Positions 15,344-23,346 of a stretch of DNA of 32,000 bases are shown in pieces; the first letter of the stretch is position 1, and every line of letters begins with the position of its first letter. The position numbers were made by a program, and so were the translations under genes. Under the pieces are notes generated by a model that saw nothing but the letters and a program-made list of their open reading frames with translations, was not told the DNA's origin and did no database searches. Origin of the DNA: Nostoc punctiforme PCC 73102 (lineage in GTDB: Bacteria; Cyanobacteriota; Cyanobacteriia; Cyanobacteriales; Nostocaceae); contig NC_010628.1 of NCBI RefSeq assembly GCF_000020025.1, positions 5,370,001 through 5,402,000 on the forward strand, in the 5' to 3' direction.

Positions 15344-16975
15344 ATGGTTAACCCGGAAATACCATCTTGGCGCAAAACAGTACAAAGCGAGATTGTAGCT
15401 GTTACAGTTTATGCTGACAGAGCATTGGTTACACGGCGAGGTGTAGTTGATTTAACAGGAATTGAACAGGAATTAGTAATTACCTCACTGCCAGAGACTC
15501 TAGAAATTGAGTCTATCAGGGTTAGCGGTACAGGGACAGTGGGAGTGCGTTTGATGGGAGTGAGTAGCGATCGCATTTACACCACTGAACCTGTAACGGA
15601 GCGAGTCGCACATTTGACAAGGCAAATTGAGCAGTTAGAAGCAGAAAAACGTCATCTACAAGCCCAAGTCGATGCTTTAGCATTACAATCTAGTTTTATC
15701 GCCGGTTTACGCGAAAAAACTGAAGAACCCTTTGCCCAAAGTTTGTCTCGGAAAAATCTCAGCCTGAGCGAAACTTTAGATTTTTTGAACTTTCTCGGAA
15801 GCCAGTATGGTGAATATGCGATCGCATCTGGAGAGTGCAAAACCCAACAGCAGGAATTAGACAAAGAACTGCAAGCACTCCGCGCCTCGTTGCAAAAAAT
15901 TCAAACACCCCATCCCAAAGAGAGTTTGAGCATAGTTGTAGGAGTTGAAGTTGCAGGTGAAGGCAAATTTGAATTAGAGGTATCTTACATAGTAAATCGC
16001 GCCAGTTGGACTCCGCTTTATGACTTGCGCTTTAACACTACCAGCGATATTGTGCATCTGGGCTACCTTGCAGAAATCACTCAAAGCAGTGGCGAAGATT
16101 GGATTAGTGCAAATCTCACCCTTTCTACCGCTAAACCTGGATTAGGTACACTCCCGCCTAAACTTGAACCCTGGTATATTGATGCACCACGTCCACAAAT
16201 GTTACGACAACGACAATTGGCTACCCAGCGACCACTGCTTCCTACCATACCAGAACAGGCTGCTTCTGCTGCTAGAGTAGATTGGCAAGAAGAAGACGAA
16301 GGTGCAGAGGATGTTCTTATCCAAGCAGAAACCGTTACAGCAGAAGTATCCAAAGAAGGGAGTGTAGTTACCTTTAAATTGAATGGTGGCGGTAATATTC
16401 CCAGTGATGGCGCACCTCATAAAACGACAATTTTTAATGATGATTATCCTTGTAACTTTGATTATGTGGCAATGCCGCGTTTGGTAAGTTTTGCTTATCT
16501 GCAAGCAAATGTGAAAAATAATCCCAATGGTGCGACTTTGTTACCAGGTAAAGCGAATATATTCCGCAACAATGTTTTTATCGGGACAACTCAGTTACAG
16601 AATATTGCGCCAGGACAAGAATTCAAACTAAATTTAGGGATTGATGAAGGTTTGAAAATTGAGCGCGAATTAGTTGAACGTCTGGTAGACAAGAGACTAA
16701 TTAGCAACCAGCGCCGGATTACTTATAGTTATCGGTTGATAATTACTAACTTACTCGACAAAGAAGTAAATCTGAAAGTAACTGAACAATTACCAGTTAG
16801 CCGCAACGAGCAAATTAAAGTGCGCCTCAGTCGCAGTAACCCACAAATTCAACTGGGTGAAATGGGCATTTTGGAATGGGAGTTAACTCTTCTACCACAG
16901 GAAAAAAGAGATATATATTACCAGTTTAATGTTGAACATCCGCCTGACTTAATGGTAGTTGGGTTAGATATTTAG
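15344..16975 (+). CDS. DUF4139/DUF4140 (mucoidy inhibitor MuiA-like) family protein
   Basis: 543 aa. The N-terminus ..IVAVTVYADRALVTRRGVVDLTGIEQELVITSLPETLEIESIRVSG.. matches my memory of the DUF4140 N-terminal pattern. It is followed by coiled-coil stretches (..LTRQIEQLEAEKRHLQAQVDAL..). The family call is from recollection only. Confidence 0.65.
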   Translation: MVNPEIPSWRKTVQSEIVAVTVYADRALVTRRGVVDLTGIEQELVITSLPETLEIESIRVSGTGTVGVRLMGVSSDRIYTTEPVTERVAHLTRQIEQLEAEKRHLQAQVDALALQSSFIAGLREKTEEPFAQSLSRKNLSLSETLDFLNFLGSQYGEYAIASGECKTQQQELDKELQALRASLQKIQTPHPKESLSIVVGVEVAGEGKFELEVSYIVNRASWTPLYDLRFNTTSDIVHLGYLAEITQSSGEDWISANLTLSTAKPGLGTLPPKLEPWYIDAPRPQMLRQRQLATQRPLLPTIPEQAASAARVDWQEEDEGAEDVLIQAETVTAEVSKEGSVVTFKLNGGGNIPSDGAPHKTTIFNDDYPCNFDYVAMPRLVSFAYLQANVKNNPNGATLLPGKANIFRNNVFIGTTQLQNIAPGQEFKLNLGIDEGLKIERELVERLVDKRLISNQRRITYSYRLIITNLLDKEVNLKVTEQLPVSRNEQIKVRLSRSNPQIQLGEMGILEWELTLLPQEKRDIYYQFNVEHPPDLMVVGLDI

Positions 16976-17021
16976 AATCGACGAGATGAGCGTTGAGCAG
17001 AATGCAATAATTCTGGTTTGG

Positions 17022-17057
17022 GAACTCAGGAGTCATAATATTATAACTCCTGAGTTC
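17022..17057 (+). terminator. Rho-independent terminator candidate after the DUF4139 gene
   Basis: GAACTCAGGAGT-(12 nt)-ACTCCTGAGTTC forms a perfect 12-bp stem 47 nt after the stop. It is followed by a moderately T-rich tail (tgtgtaagtgtatttc). Confidence 0.55.
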
Positions 17058-17150
17058 TGTGTAAGTGTATTTCATTCATCTGATAATCGCTATATTGTTT
17101 ACTTAAATATTGCTTCTCATTAGAGAGTATTTATAAAGTAAATCTTAAAT

Positions 17151-18153
17151 AGAGTTGTCGGGAAATAAAAGATAAGTGAGGCAATGCTGGTCTTGTAATT
17201 GGGATTCTCTTAAGCAGCCATCAAGTAGAAGTTCCATAATCCTGCTGCGGTCAGCATCAAATGGTCATCAAAGTTTTCAATCCGATTACGATAAATGACA
17301 CTGGCGGCGTTGTAGCGCTTCACACCAGCAAAGGCATTTTCGCAAACTACACGGGATTGACTCAATTGACGATTCTCCGTTTTTTGAAGGTCACTTAACT
17401 TGCCCCCTTTGGGCTTTTTGTGAGGAAGATGGAGATTGTCATACTGCTTCTGTAATCCCTGAAAGCCCGAGTCTACTTCAATCGGAATTTCATCAGGCAC
17501 ACTACCTGCAATGTCATCTTCGTCATGAAAACGTTTGTCATGCAGTTTGCCTTCTCGTGCTTTGCTTAAGATCAAGACCCGTTTGGTTTCATCAACTGCC
17601 GCCAAGTGTTTACGCGTATGACGTTTCTTTTTACCGGAGTAATTCTGTTGTTGTTGTTCTCTTTCTTGAGGTCGCGCAATTGGGCGTTCTGTCCCATCAA
17701 TCATCACTCGTTGCACTCCTGGAAAGCGTGACAAAAATGCTTCAATGCTTTCGAGATGGCGTTCCGGCAGCGCCATCTTCTGTCCCAAAGCCGCTTCTAA
17801 TATTGGCTGCAATCGATGCATCCACTCATGTGCCTGGGAGCGATGCATATCAAAGAGCAGTCCCGCCACATCGAAGGTCGGATAACATTTGAAATAGAAA
17901 AGGATGAAAAACAATTTGTCTTGGGCTGTAAGTAAGCGGGCTTTGCGTCCTCCACCCAGGCCACGTTGACGAGGCTTGGCCTGTTGAGTATCTAGGTACA
18001 TCGTGGTAAACGTGGGCAAAAGGGCATCAAATGCTTTCCGGTTCAACCCAGTTAATGCCCTCAACAGTCGGTCTTGCTTCAGCGCACCTTCAATATTCAG
18101 CATCATTCTTCCCTACCACTGCTGTCTATTCTCTCTTATTTCCCGACAAGTCT
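17151..18153 (-). mobile_element. Insertion sequence, 1003 bp, IS5-superfamily-like (DDE_Tnp_4 / Harbinger-type transposase), apparently intact
   Basis: The terminal inverted repeats are AGAGTTGTCGGGAAATAAAAGATAA (17151-17175) and the reverse complement of 18129-18153 (AGACTTGTCGGGAAATAAGAGAGAA), matching at about 22 of 25 positions. A 3-bp direct repeat AAT sits on both flanks (17148-17150 and 18154-18156). The element holds a single uninterrupted transposase ORF. Confidence 0.8.
17210..18106 (-). CDS. DDE transposase (DDE_Tnp_4-type)
   Basis: 298 aa. An N-terminal HTH-like region is followed by a catalytic triad pattern: ..VMIDGTERPIARP.. (D), ..IEVDSGFQGL.. (D), ..RVVCENAFAGVKRY.. (E). 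Confidence 0.85.
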   Translation of the reverse strand: MMLNIEGALKQDRLLRALTGLNRKAFDALLPTFTTMYLDTQQAKPRQRGLGGGRKARLLTAQDKLFFILFYFKCYPTFDVAGLLFDMHRSQAHEWMHRLQPILEAALGQKMALPERHLESIEAFLSRFPGVQRVMIDGTERPIARPQEREQQQQNYSGKKKRHTRKHLAAVDETKRVLILSKAREGKLHDKRFHDEDDIAGSVPDEIPIEVDSGFQGLQKQYDNLHLPHKKPKGGKLSDLQKTENRQLSQSRVVCENAFAGVKRYNAASVIYRNRIENFDDHLMLTAAGLWNFYLMAA

Positions 18154-18196
18154 AATTGGGTATGTTATGGCTTTGCTATCACGCACCCTGCTATGT

Positions 18197-18269
18197 GGCG
18201 GTGCATTAGGCAATTAAATTATTTTTTTCGTAACTAAAAATATTGAAATATGTGCCTAACACACCCTAC
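18197..18269. repeat. Long-loop inverted repeat (GGCGGTGCATTAGGC ... GCCTAACACACCCTAC), Nostoc-type dispersed hairpin element
   Basis: GGTGCATTAGGC (18200-18211) and GCCTAACACACC (18254-18265) are complementary apart from 2 positions. The element lies just outside the right end of the IS. Confidence 0.4.
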
Positions 18270-18513
18270 AGAAATTTTATTTTTACTTTATAAATAATTT
18301 TTTACAGCAATTTGCAAGTTAATACCAGTTTGAAAAAAATACCACAAATACATTAGATAGGGTATATGGGAGTGCAAGCTCTTGCACCTCTACAGCCGAT
18401 TTATGTGTTGTAAAGTGTAATTTCTTGAAATATGTTGTGTTTAATAATTACTATTTGCAAATTATTTTTTGATATCTAAAGCTACTTATTAACTCTTTCT
18501 TAATGTTTTCTTA

Positions 18514-18930
18514 AGGCGGGGTGAAGGTGCTAAGTATGGCAACGGCGGCTTGATCTACTTTACCTGTAATAGTGGTGGCAATGCAGGGCAAGGGCAGGTT
18601 TTTGCTTATAAACCTAATAATAACGATCCCAACAGTGGTACTATCACCCTGATTGTAGAGTCTCCCGCAGAGGATATACTGAATTTCCCCGATAATATTA
18701 CCGTGGCTCCCTTTGGAGATCTCTTCTTGTGCGAAGACGGTAGCAATACTGAATTCGTGATCGGCGTTACCCCGGAAGGCGATCTCTATCGGTTTGCAGC
18801 AAATGCTATTAACGGCAGTGAATTCGCTGGTGCTTGCTTCTCACCTGATGGTCACACAATGTTTGTCAATATTCAAGACCCTGGAATTACCTGTGCGATT
18901 TGGGGCCCTTGGAGCAGAAACCGAGCATAA
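18514..18930 (+). pseudogene. 3'-terminal fragment of a PhoX-like / DUF839 phosphatase gene (5' part missing)
   Basis: The frame is open only from 18493. The translation ..RGEGAKYGNGGLIYFTCNSGGNAGQGQVFAY..PDNITVAPFGDLFLCEDG..SEFAGACFSPDGHTMFVNIQDPGITCAIWGPW resembles the last ~140 aa of DUF839/PhoX beta-propeller proteins, which are normally 450 aa or more. The upstream 350 nt are AT-rich and full of stops in all frames. Confidence 0.6.
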
Positions 18931-18962
18931 GGTTAGTTACATCTAAGTGATTTGATAACTTG

Positions 18963-19002
18963 CAGGGGTACTCCAGTTTATTCTCGGAGTAGCCCTGTTT
19001 TT
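18963..19002 (+). terminator. Rho-independent terminator retained after the PhoX-like fragment
   Basis: CAGGGGTACTCC-(loop)-GGAGTAGCCCTG forms 5+6 bp with one G/G mismatch and is followed by TTTTT (18998-19002). Confidence 0.6.
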
Positions 19003-19157
19003 AGTAGATTTTGGGTGAGATTGCAAGAATGCAGATAAGACAATATGTGGACGAGATCATCATCGAACGGTTTTTAGAGATAGCATCTACACTCTTCACT
19101 GCTAGGCTAAACTTATAGTGCTTCTACGTCTGTAGCCCTTTTACTCCTGGTGGATAA

Positions 19158-19259
19158 CTAATTTCGACACCACAAGAAGTTGCACAACAAGAGAAACAAC
19201 GCTGCGATCGCTTGGCAGCAAAACTGCGAGAATTAAATATAGATCCAGATACTATTTAA
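19158..19259 (+). pseudogene. Remnant of a second Uma2-family endonuclease gene (C-terminal ~33 codons only)
   Basis: The translation LISTPQEVAQQEKQRCDRLAAKLRELNIDPDTI-stop parallels the C-terminal helix of the intact Uma2 gene (..TGEERADRLTAQLRSLGIEPEA). Just upstream, in another frame, is ..YSWWI.. (compare LRWWD in the intact copy). An in-frame TAA sits at 19155-19157. Confidence 0.4.
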
Positions 19260-19297
19260 GCTCCTCGCTGTCTTGCTTGTGCCTGTTGGTGCAAATG

Positions 19298-19498
19298 CTA
19301 TGGATCTTCAGGAAAAACCCATTTTGGCGGTTCAGTCATTTTTTTACGCAGGCGTTCTTGTGCCAACTCCAACATTTTGTCTAAGGGAGTCTCTTCAATA
19401 AATTTTGCAGCGGCCTCTCTAAACTCGATGTTGGGGCATTTATCCCCTAAAACACATCCGTTAACACAGGCTACAGCACAGTTAATCTTTTGCTCCAC
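19298..19498 (-). CDS. Small conserved-looking Cys-rich protein (Cx3Cx3Cx5C), function unknown
   Basis: 66 aa with a GTG start. The N-terminus is MEQKINCAVACVNGCVLGDKCPNIEF and is followed by an amphipathic helical tail. The gene is divergent from mnmE. Confidence 0.55.
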   Translation of the reverse strand: MEQKINCAVACVNGCVLGDKCPNIEFREAAAKFIEETPLDKMLELAQERLRKKMTEPPKWVFPEDP

Positions 19499-19645
19499 AG
19501 TAAATTCCTCTCTCTAAAACTTATAAGTTATAAAGTTGTGAGTTCTAATATTCACCCCTAACTCTTTACTATCAGGCATTAACCTCTAGGTAAATTTTAC
19601 CTTGCCAGTTGCTATCCTATTAGCCTAAACAGCTACCATTTAGAA

Positions 19646-19666
19646 AGTTATCAGTTATGAGTTATG
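19646..19666 (+). repeat. (AGTTATG)3 heptamer array in the mnmE upstream region
   Basis: agttatc agttatg agttatg. A related aagttat/aaagttg run lies at about 19520-19545. Confidence 0.5.
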
Positions 19667-19705
19667 ATTTTGACTCCTAATTTCTCACTCTTATGAAGGG
19701 CACTC

Positions 19706-21100
19706 ATGTCAGAAGTTTTTGCTACTACTGGAACTATCGCTGCGATCGCAACTGCTGTTGTCCCCCAACAGGGTAGTGTTGGTATTGTGCGGGTGTCTGG
19801 TTCTGAAGCAATGGCTCTAGCCCAAACTCTTTTTCACGCACCAGGGCGGCAAGTTTGGGAAAGTCACCAGATTCTCTACGGTTATATTCGTCATCCCCAA
19901 ACCCAACAACTGGTAGATGAAGCCCTATTGCTGATTATGAAAGCACCCCGTTCTTATACCCGTGAAGATGTAGTGGAATTCCATTGCCACGGGGGAATTA
20001 TGGCAGTGCAGCAGGTATTACAACTGTGTTTAGAAAATGGCGCTAGACTAGCTCAACCCGGAGAATTTACTCTCCGCGCCTTTTTGAATGGGCGATTGGA
20101 TTTAACTCAAGCCGAAGGTATTGCTGATTTAGTGGGAGCTAAATCGCCTCAAGCTGCCCAAACTGCCTTAGCTGGTTTACAGGGAAAATTAGCTCATTCA
20201 ATCCGGCAGTTACGCGCTAACTGTCTAGATATTTTGGCAGAAATCGAAGCACGAATCGATTTTGAGGAAGACTTGCCACCGTTGGATGATAAAGCAATAA
20301 TATCAGAAATCGAGAAAATTGCCGCCGAAATAACGAGGTTATTGGCAACCAAAGACAAAGGTGAGTTGCTACGCACAGGTTTAAAAGTGGCAATTGTTGG
20401 GCGGCCAAACGTGGGTAAGTCGAGCTTATTGAACGCTTGGAGCCGGAGCGATCGCGCGATCGTCACAGACTTACCTGGTACAACCCGCGATGTGGTGGAA
20501 TCTCAGCTAGTTGTCGGGGGAATTCCCGTACAAGTGCTAGATACAGCCGGGATTAGGGAAACCACAGACCAAGTGGAAAAAATTGGTGTGGAGCGATCGC
20601 GTCGTGCTGCAAATGCAGCTGATTTAGTCTTGCTTACCATCGATGCTTCAGCAGGTTGGACAGAAGGCGATCGAGAAATTTACGAACAAGTACAACACCG
20701 TCCATTAATTCTAGTCATTAACAAAATTGACTTAGTAGAAGAACGCCAAAGAAAAACTCTTCAATCTCAAATACCCAATCCAAATTCTAAAATTGCCACA
20801 GCAGCAGCACAAAATCAAGGTATTGATGCTTTAGAAGTAGCAATTTTAGAGATAGTAAAAGCAGAAAAAATCCAAGCTGCTGATATGGATTTAGCCATTA
20901 ACCAAAGGCAAGCAGCAGCTTTAACTCAAGCTAAAATATCTTTGGAACAAGTACAAACAACAATTGTCCAGCATCTTCCTCTTGATTTTTGGACAATTGA
21001 CTTACGCGGTGCAATCCAGGCACTAGGAGCAATTACTGGTGAAGAAGTTACAGAATCGGTTTTGGATAGGATTTTTAGCAAGTTTTGCATTGGTAAATAA
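19706..21100 (+). CDS. mnmE: tRNA modification GTPase MnmE (TrmE)
   Basis: 464 aa. The N-terminus ..[22 protein letters not shown].. is followed by G-domain motifs [19 protein letters not shown] and NKIDL, and the hallmark C-terminal ..FCIGK. Confidence 0.95.
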   Translation: MSEVFATTGTIAAIATAVVPQQGSVGIVRVSGSEAMALAQTLFHAPGRQVWESHQILYGYIRHPQTQQLVDEALLLIMKAPRSYTREDVVEFHCHGGIMAVQQVLQLCLENGARLAQPGEFTLRAFLNGRLDLTQAEGIADLVGAKSPQAAQTALAGLQGKLAHSIRQLRANCLDILAEIEARIDFEEDLPPLDDKAIISEIEKIAAEITRLLATKDKGELLRTGLKVAIVGRPNVGKSSLLNAWSRSDRAIVTDLPGTTRDVVESQLVVGGIPVQVLDTAGIRETTDQVEKIGVERSRRAANAADLVLLTIDASAGWTEGDREIYEQVQHRPLILVINKIDLVEERQRKTLQSQIPNPNSKIATAAAQNQGIDALEVAILEIVKAEKIQAADMDLAINQRQAAALTQAKISLEQVQTTIVQHLPLDFWTIDLRGAIQALGAITGEEVTESVLDRIFSKFCIGK

Positions 21101-21211
21101 ACCCCAAATGTTCTATTTTTGCTAATATTGGTAGTCCGGTTGAAGCAGATAAAAGCACCATATCTATTCTAATTATTATCAATTTTAAATATTATTAAAT
21201 CCTAAAACTTT

Positions 21212-21982
21212 ATGTCTTTAAACGATGAAATAAATTCTGTAAACGCATTGATTGTAGGAGCCAGGCAAGGTATTGGTTTTGGTTTTGTAAAAAGATTGCT
21301 ACAGGATGAGAAAATAGCTAAAGTTTTTGCAACTTCTCGTCAGCTAGAATTAGCCACCGATTTAATAGCTTTTGCAGATGAACATTCTGAGCGATTAATT
21401 TGTTTAGAGATGGATATTACTGACGAGTTGCAGATTGTTGAAACTATTCAAAAAATACATACCCAAGTTGACAAACTGCATTTGGTAGTCAACTGTGTAG
21501 GACTGTTGCATGAAGATACTTTGCAACCTGAAAAAAGCTTAAGACAGATAAATTCAGAAAACTTGCTGCGCTACTTTCAGATAAATAGTATTGGTGCTGT
21601 CTTGCTAGCTAAACATCTATTGCCTCTGTTGCGTCATGGAGAACGCAGTGTGTTCGCTAGCATTTCTGCTAAATTGGGCAGTATTGGCGATAATAAACTT
21701 GGTGGATGGTATGGCTATCGCGCTTCTAAGGCAGCACTCAATATGTTGATGCGAACTGCGGCAATTGAGTATAAAAGAAGTTGTCCTAAAGCATTAATAG
21801 TCACATTGCATCCTGGTACAACTGATACGCGCCTTTCCCGTCCTTTCCAGAAAAATGTACCTGCGGAAAAATTATTCTCAGTGGAACACACCGTTACCCA
21901 ACTATTGGCTGTGATTGAACAGCTTCAAGAAGGCGATAGTGGGCAGTTTTTCTCGTGGGATGGAAGCAGATTGCCTTGGTAA
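21212..21982 (+). CDS. Short-chain dehydrogenase/reductase (SDR) family oxidoreductase
   Basis: 256 aa. The Rossmann motif is LIVGARQGIGFG and the catalytic motif is YGYRASKAALN (YxxxK). Confidence 0.85.
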   Translation: MSLNDEINSVNALIVGARQGIGFGFVKRLLQDEKIAKVFATSRQLELATDLIAFADEHSERLICLEMDITDELQIVETIQKIHTQVDKLHLVVNCVGLLHEDTLQPEKSLRQINSENLLRYFQINSIGAVLLAKHLLPLLRHGERSVFASISAKLGSIGDNKLGGWYGYRASKAALNMLMRTAAIEYKRSCPKALIVTLHPGTTDTRLSRPFQKNVPAEKLFSVEHTVTQLLAVIEQLQEGDSGQFFSWDGSRLPW

Positions 21983-22032
21983 CTGCGTTACGCTGATGCT
22001 AGTGAAACTCACATTACTTGTAACCAAAGCCT

Positions 22033-22362
22033 ATGAAGTTTTTTGTGCCAGCAGCTAAGGATGATATCAAAGCAGAGCAGGTGTATAATGCTTTTGCTCG
22101 GTCTGTCAAAGCACCAATAAACGAAAAGCGTATTTGGAAGTTACAGTGGCGCGATCGCGAAATTGATATGGAATGCGAGGTAGGTAAACCCTTACCATCC
22201 TCTTATCAAACTGGGAAAGAGCTAGTTATGGCAATCTTTGAGTGCGAAAACCTTTATAAAATTTGTACTCTTACCCGTGGAGGAGTAAAGGGAGAACCTA
22301 TCTTGGTTGGCAAAAACTCTGTATCCTCAGCAACATATTTTTCAGATAATGTACATAACTGA
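22033..22362 (+). CDS. Hypothetical protein
   Basis: 109-aa ORF with an ATG start and no motif I recognise. It is co-oriented with the upstream SDR gene. Confidence 0.45.
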   Translation: MKFFVPAAKDDIKAEQVYNAFARSVKAPINEKRIWKLQWRDREIDMECEVGKPLPSSYQTGKELVMAIFECENLYKICTLTRGGVKGEPILVGKNSVSSATYFSDNVHN

Positions 22363-22426
22363 CTTTGCATATTACATAGAGCAAAAAGCTATCAGTATTG
22401 GCGTAGTTTTTTAAAAGATATATTTA

Positions 22427-22508
22427 TGTAGGTTGAGTGGAGTGAAACGCAACCCAACATTACCACCTTATTTATATTGGATTACGCGATCGCTGCACCC
22501 AACCTACA
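22427..22508. repeat. MITE-like inverted-repeat element (TGTAGGTTGAGTG ... CACCCAACCTACA)
   Basis: The 13-bp terminal arms are complementary with 1 mismatch and enclose ~56 bp that includes a HIP1 site. The GTAGGTTGGGT/ACCCAACCTAC type is common in Nostocales intergenic DNA, to my recollection. Confidence 0.45.
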
Positions 22509-22705
22509 AAACTTACGAACGAAGTTAGTGGGCGTAAATAATTGTCGTTGGGATAAGGTAATAGGCAATAGGTATAAGGATTTTAGCTAGTTCATTTTTC
22601 TTTACAGTCAAGAGGTTAGAGAGGAATTTCTTAAGCAAAATTCTTATCCACCTTGAAAGTGCTAGTTCTAGATTTTATAAAAATTTTATACAAGCAAGTA
22701 TCTTA

Positions 22706-22742
22706 ACGCAATTTGAACTCAGTGTTTAAGTTGCGTATTTTT
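22706..22742 (+). terminator. Intrinsic-terminator-like hairpin 84 nt upstream of the first fimbrial-subunit-like gene
   Basis: ACGCAATTTGAAC-TCAGT-GTTTAAGTTGCGT forms a 13-bp stem (2 G-U pairs) and is followed by A-TTTTT (22738-22742). Confidence 0.5.
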
Positions 22743-22825
22743 GCTGTCGATATTGTATTTTTTGATAGATATTATGAAAATATGCACTGATACAGGATAA
22801 AGCTGAGTCATCAGGTAACTTCTTT

Positions 22826-23305
22826 ATGTTTTACCGTCTAGCGTTAATCTCTAGCCTGGTGCTGGCAAGTGCATTCGCTCTAAATCAAGCTGCGATCGCT
22901 CAAAGTGCAGATGTTCCCTTCAGTGGAACAGTTCCAGCTGAAGCTACCTTTAATGCTCCTGCGCCTGGCACTGCTGAACCAACTATTTCTAGCAGTTCTG
23001 GTGGAATTCCGACAAAGTTTGAATCACAAACTCCTGCGACTATGGGCGTGCAAACTAGCACACCTGCCACTATCTCTGTTTCACCCCCCAGATTTGTATC
23101 TGGCCCTAGTGCCGATCCTTCTGGGACAACGCACATCGGATTTTTAAAATTTGGTTCGGCTAACCTTCGCAGTGATGTCGGTGGTGGGAGTGCAACTTTA
23201 CCAGCAGGTAGTACCAATTTAGAGGTGGGTTTGCTGGTAGAGCGACCTGTAGCATTTACGCCGGGAATTTATACCTACGTTGTTACTTTAACGATCGCAC
23301 CATAG
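22826..23305 (+). CDS. Secreted fimbrial-subunit-like protein 1 (spore-coat-U/sigma-fimbria-like, Cys-free)
   Basis: 159 aa. It has a 25-aa signal peptide (..LNQAAIA|QSADVPF), a G/S/T/P-rich beta-type sequence and the C-terminus ..PGIYTYVVTLTIAP. It is a paralogue of the next gene. Confidence 0.65.
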   Translation: MFYRLALISSLVLASAFALNQAAIAQSADVPFSGTVPAEATFNAPAPGTAEPTISSSSGGIPTKFESQTPATMGVQTSTPATISVSPPRFVSGPSADPSGTTHIGFLKFGSANLRSDVGGGSATLPAGSTNLEVGLLVERPVAFTPGIYTYVVTLTIAP

Positions 23306-23346
23306 CTGTTTTCTGCAACCCTTATTTATTTGAGAAGGATTTAAAA

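Noticed and set aside
17557-18237. ORFs 17557-17892 (+) and 18031-18237 (+)
   Set aside because: The first is antisense to the transposase gene. The second crosses the IS right end into flanking repeat DNA. Neither is plausible.
22900-23217. ORFs 22900-23217 (-) and 22905-23147 (+) overlapping fibre-subunit gene 1
   Set aside because: They are in alternative frames of a gene that has a clear signal peptide and a paralogue next door, and they have no features of their own.
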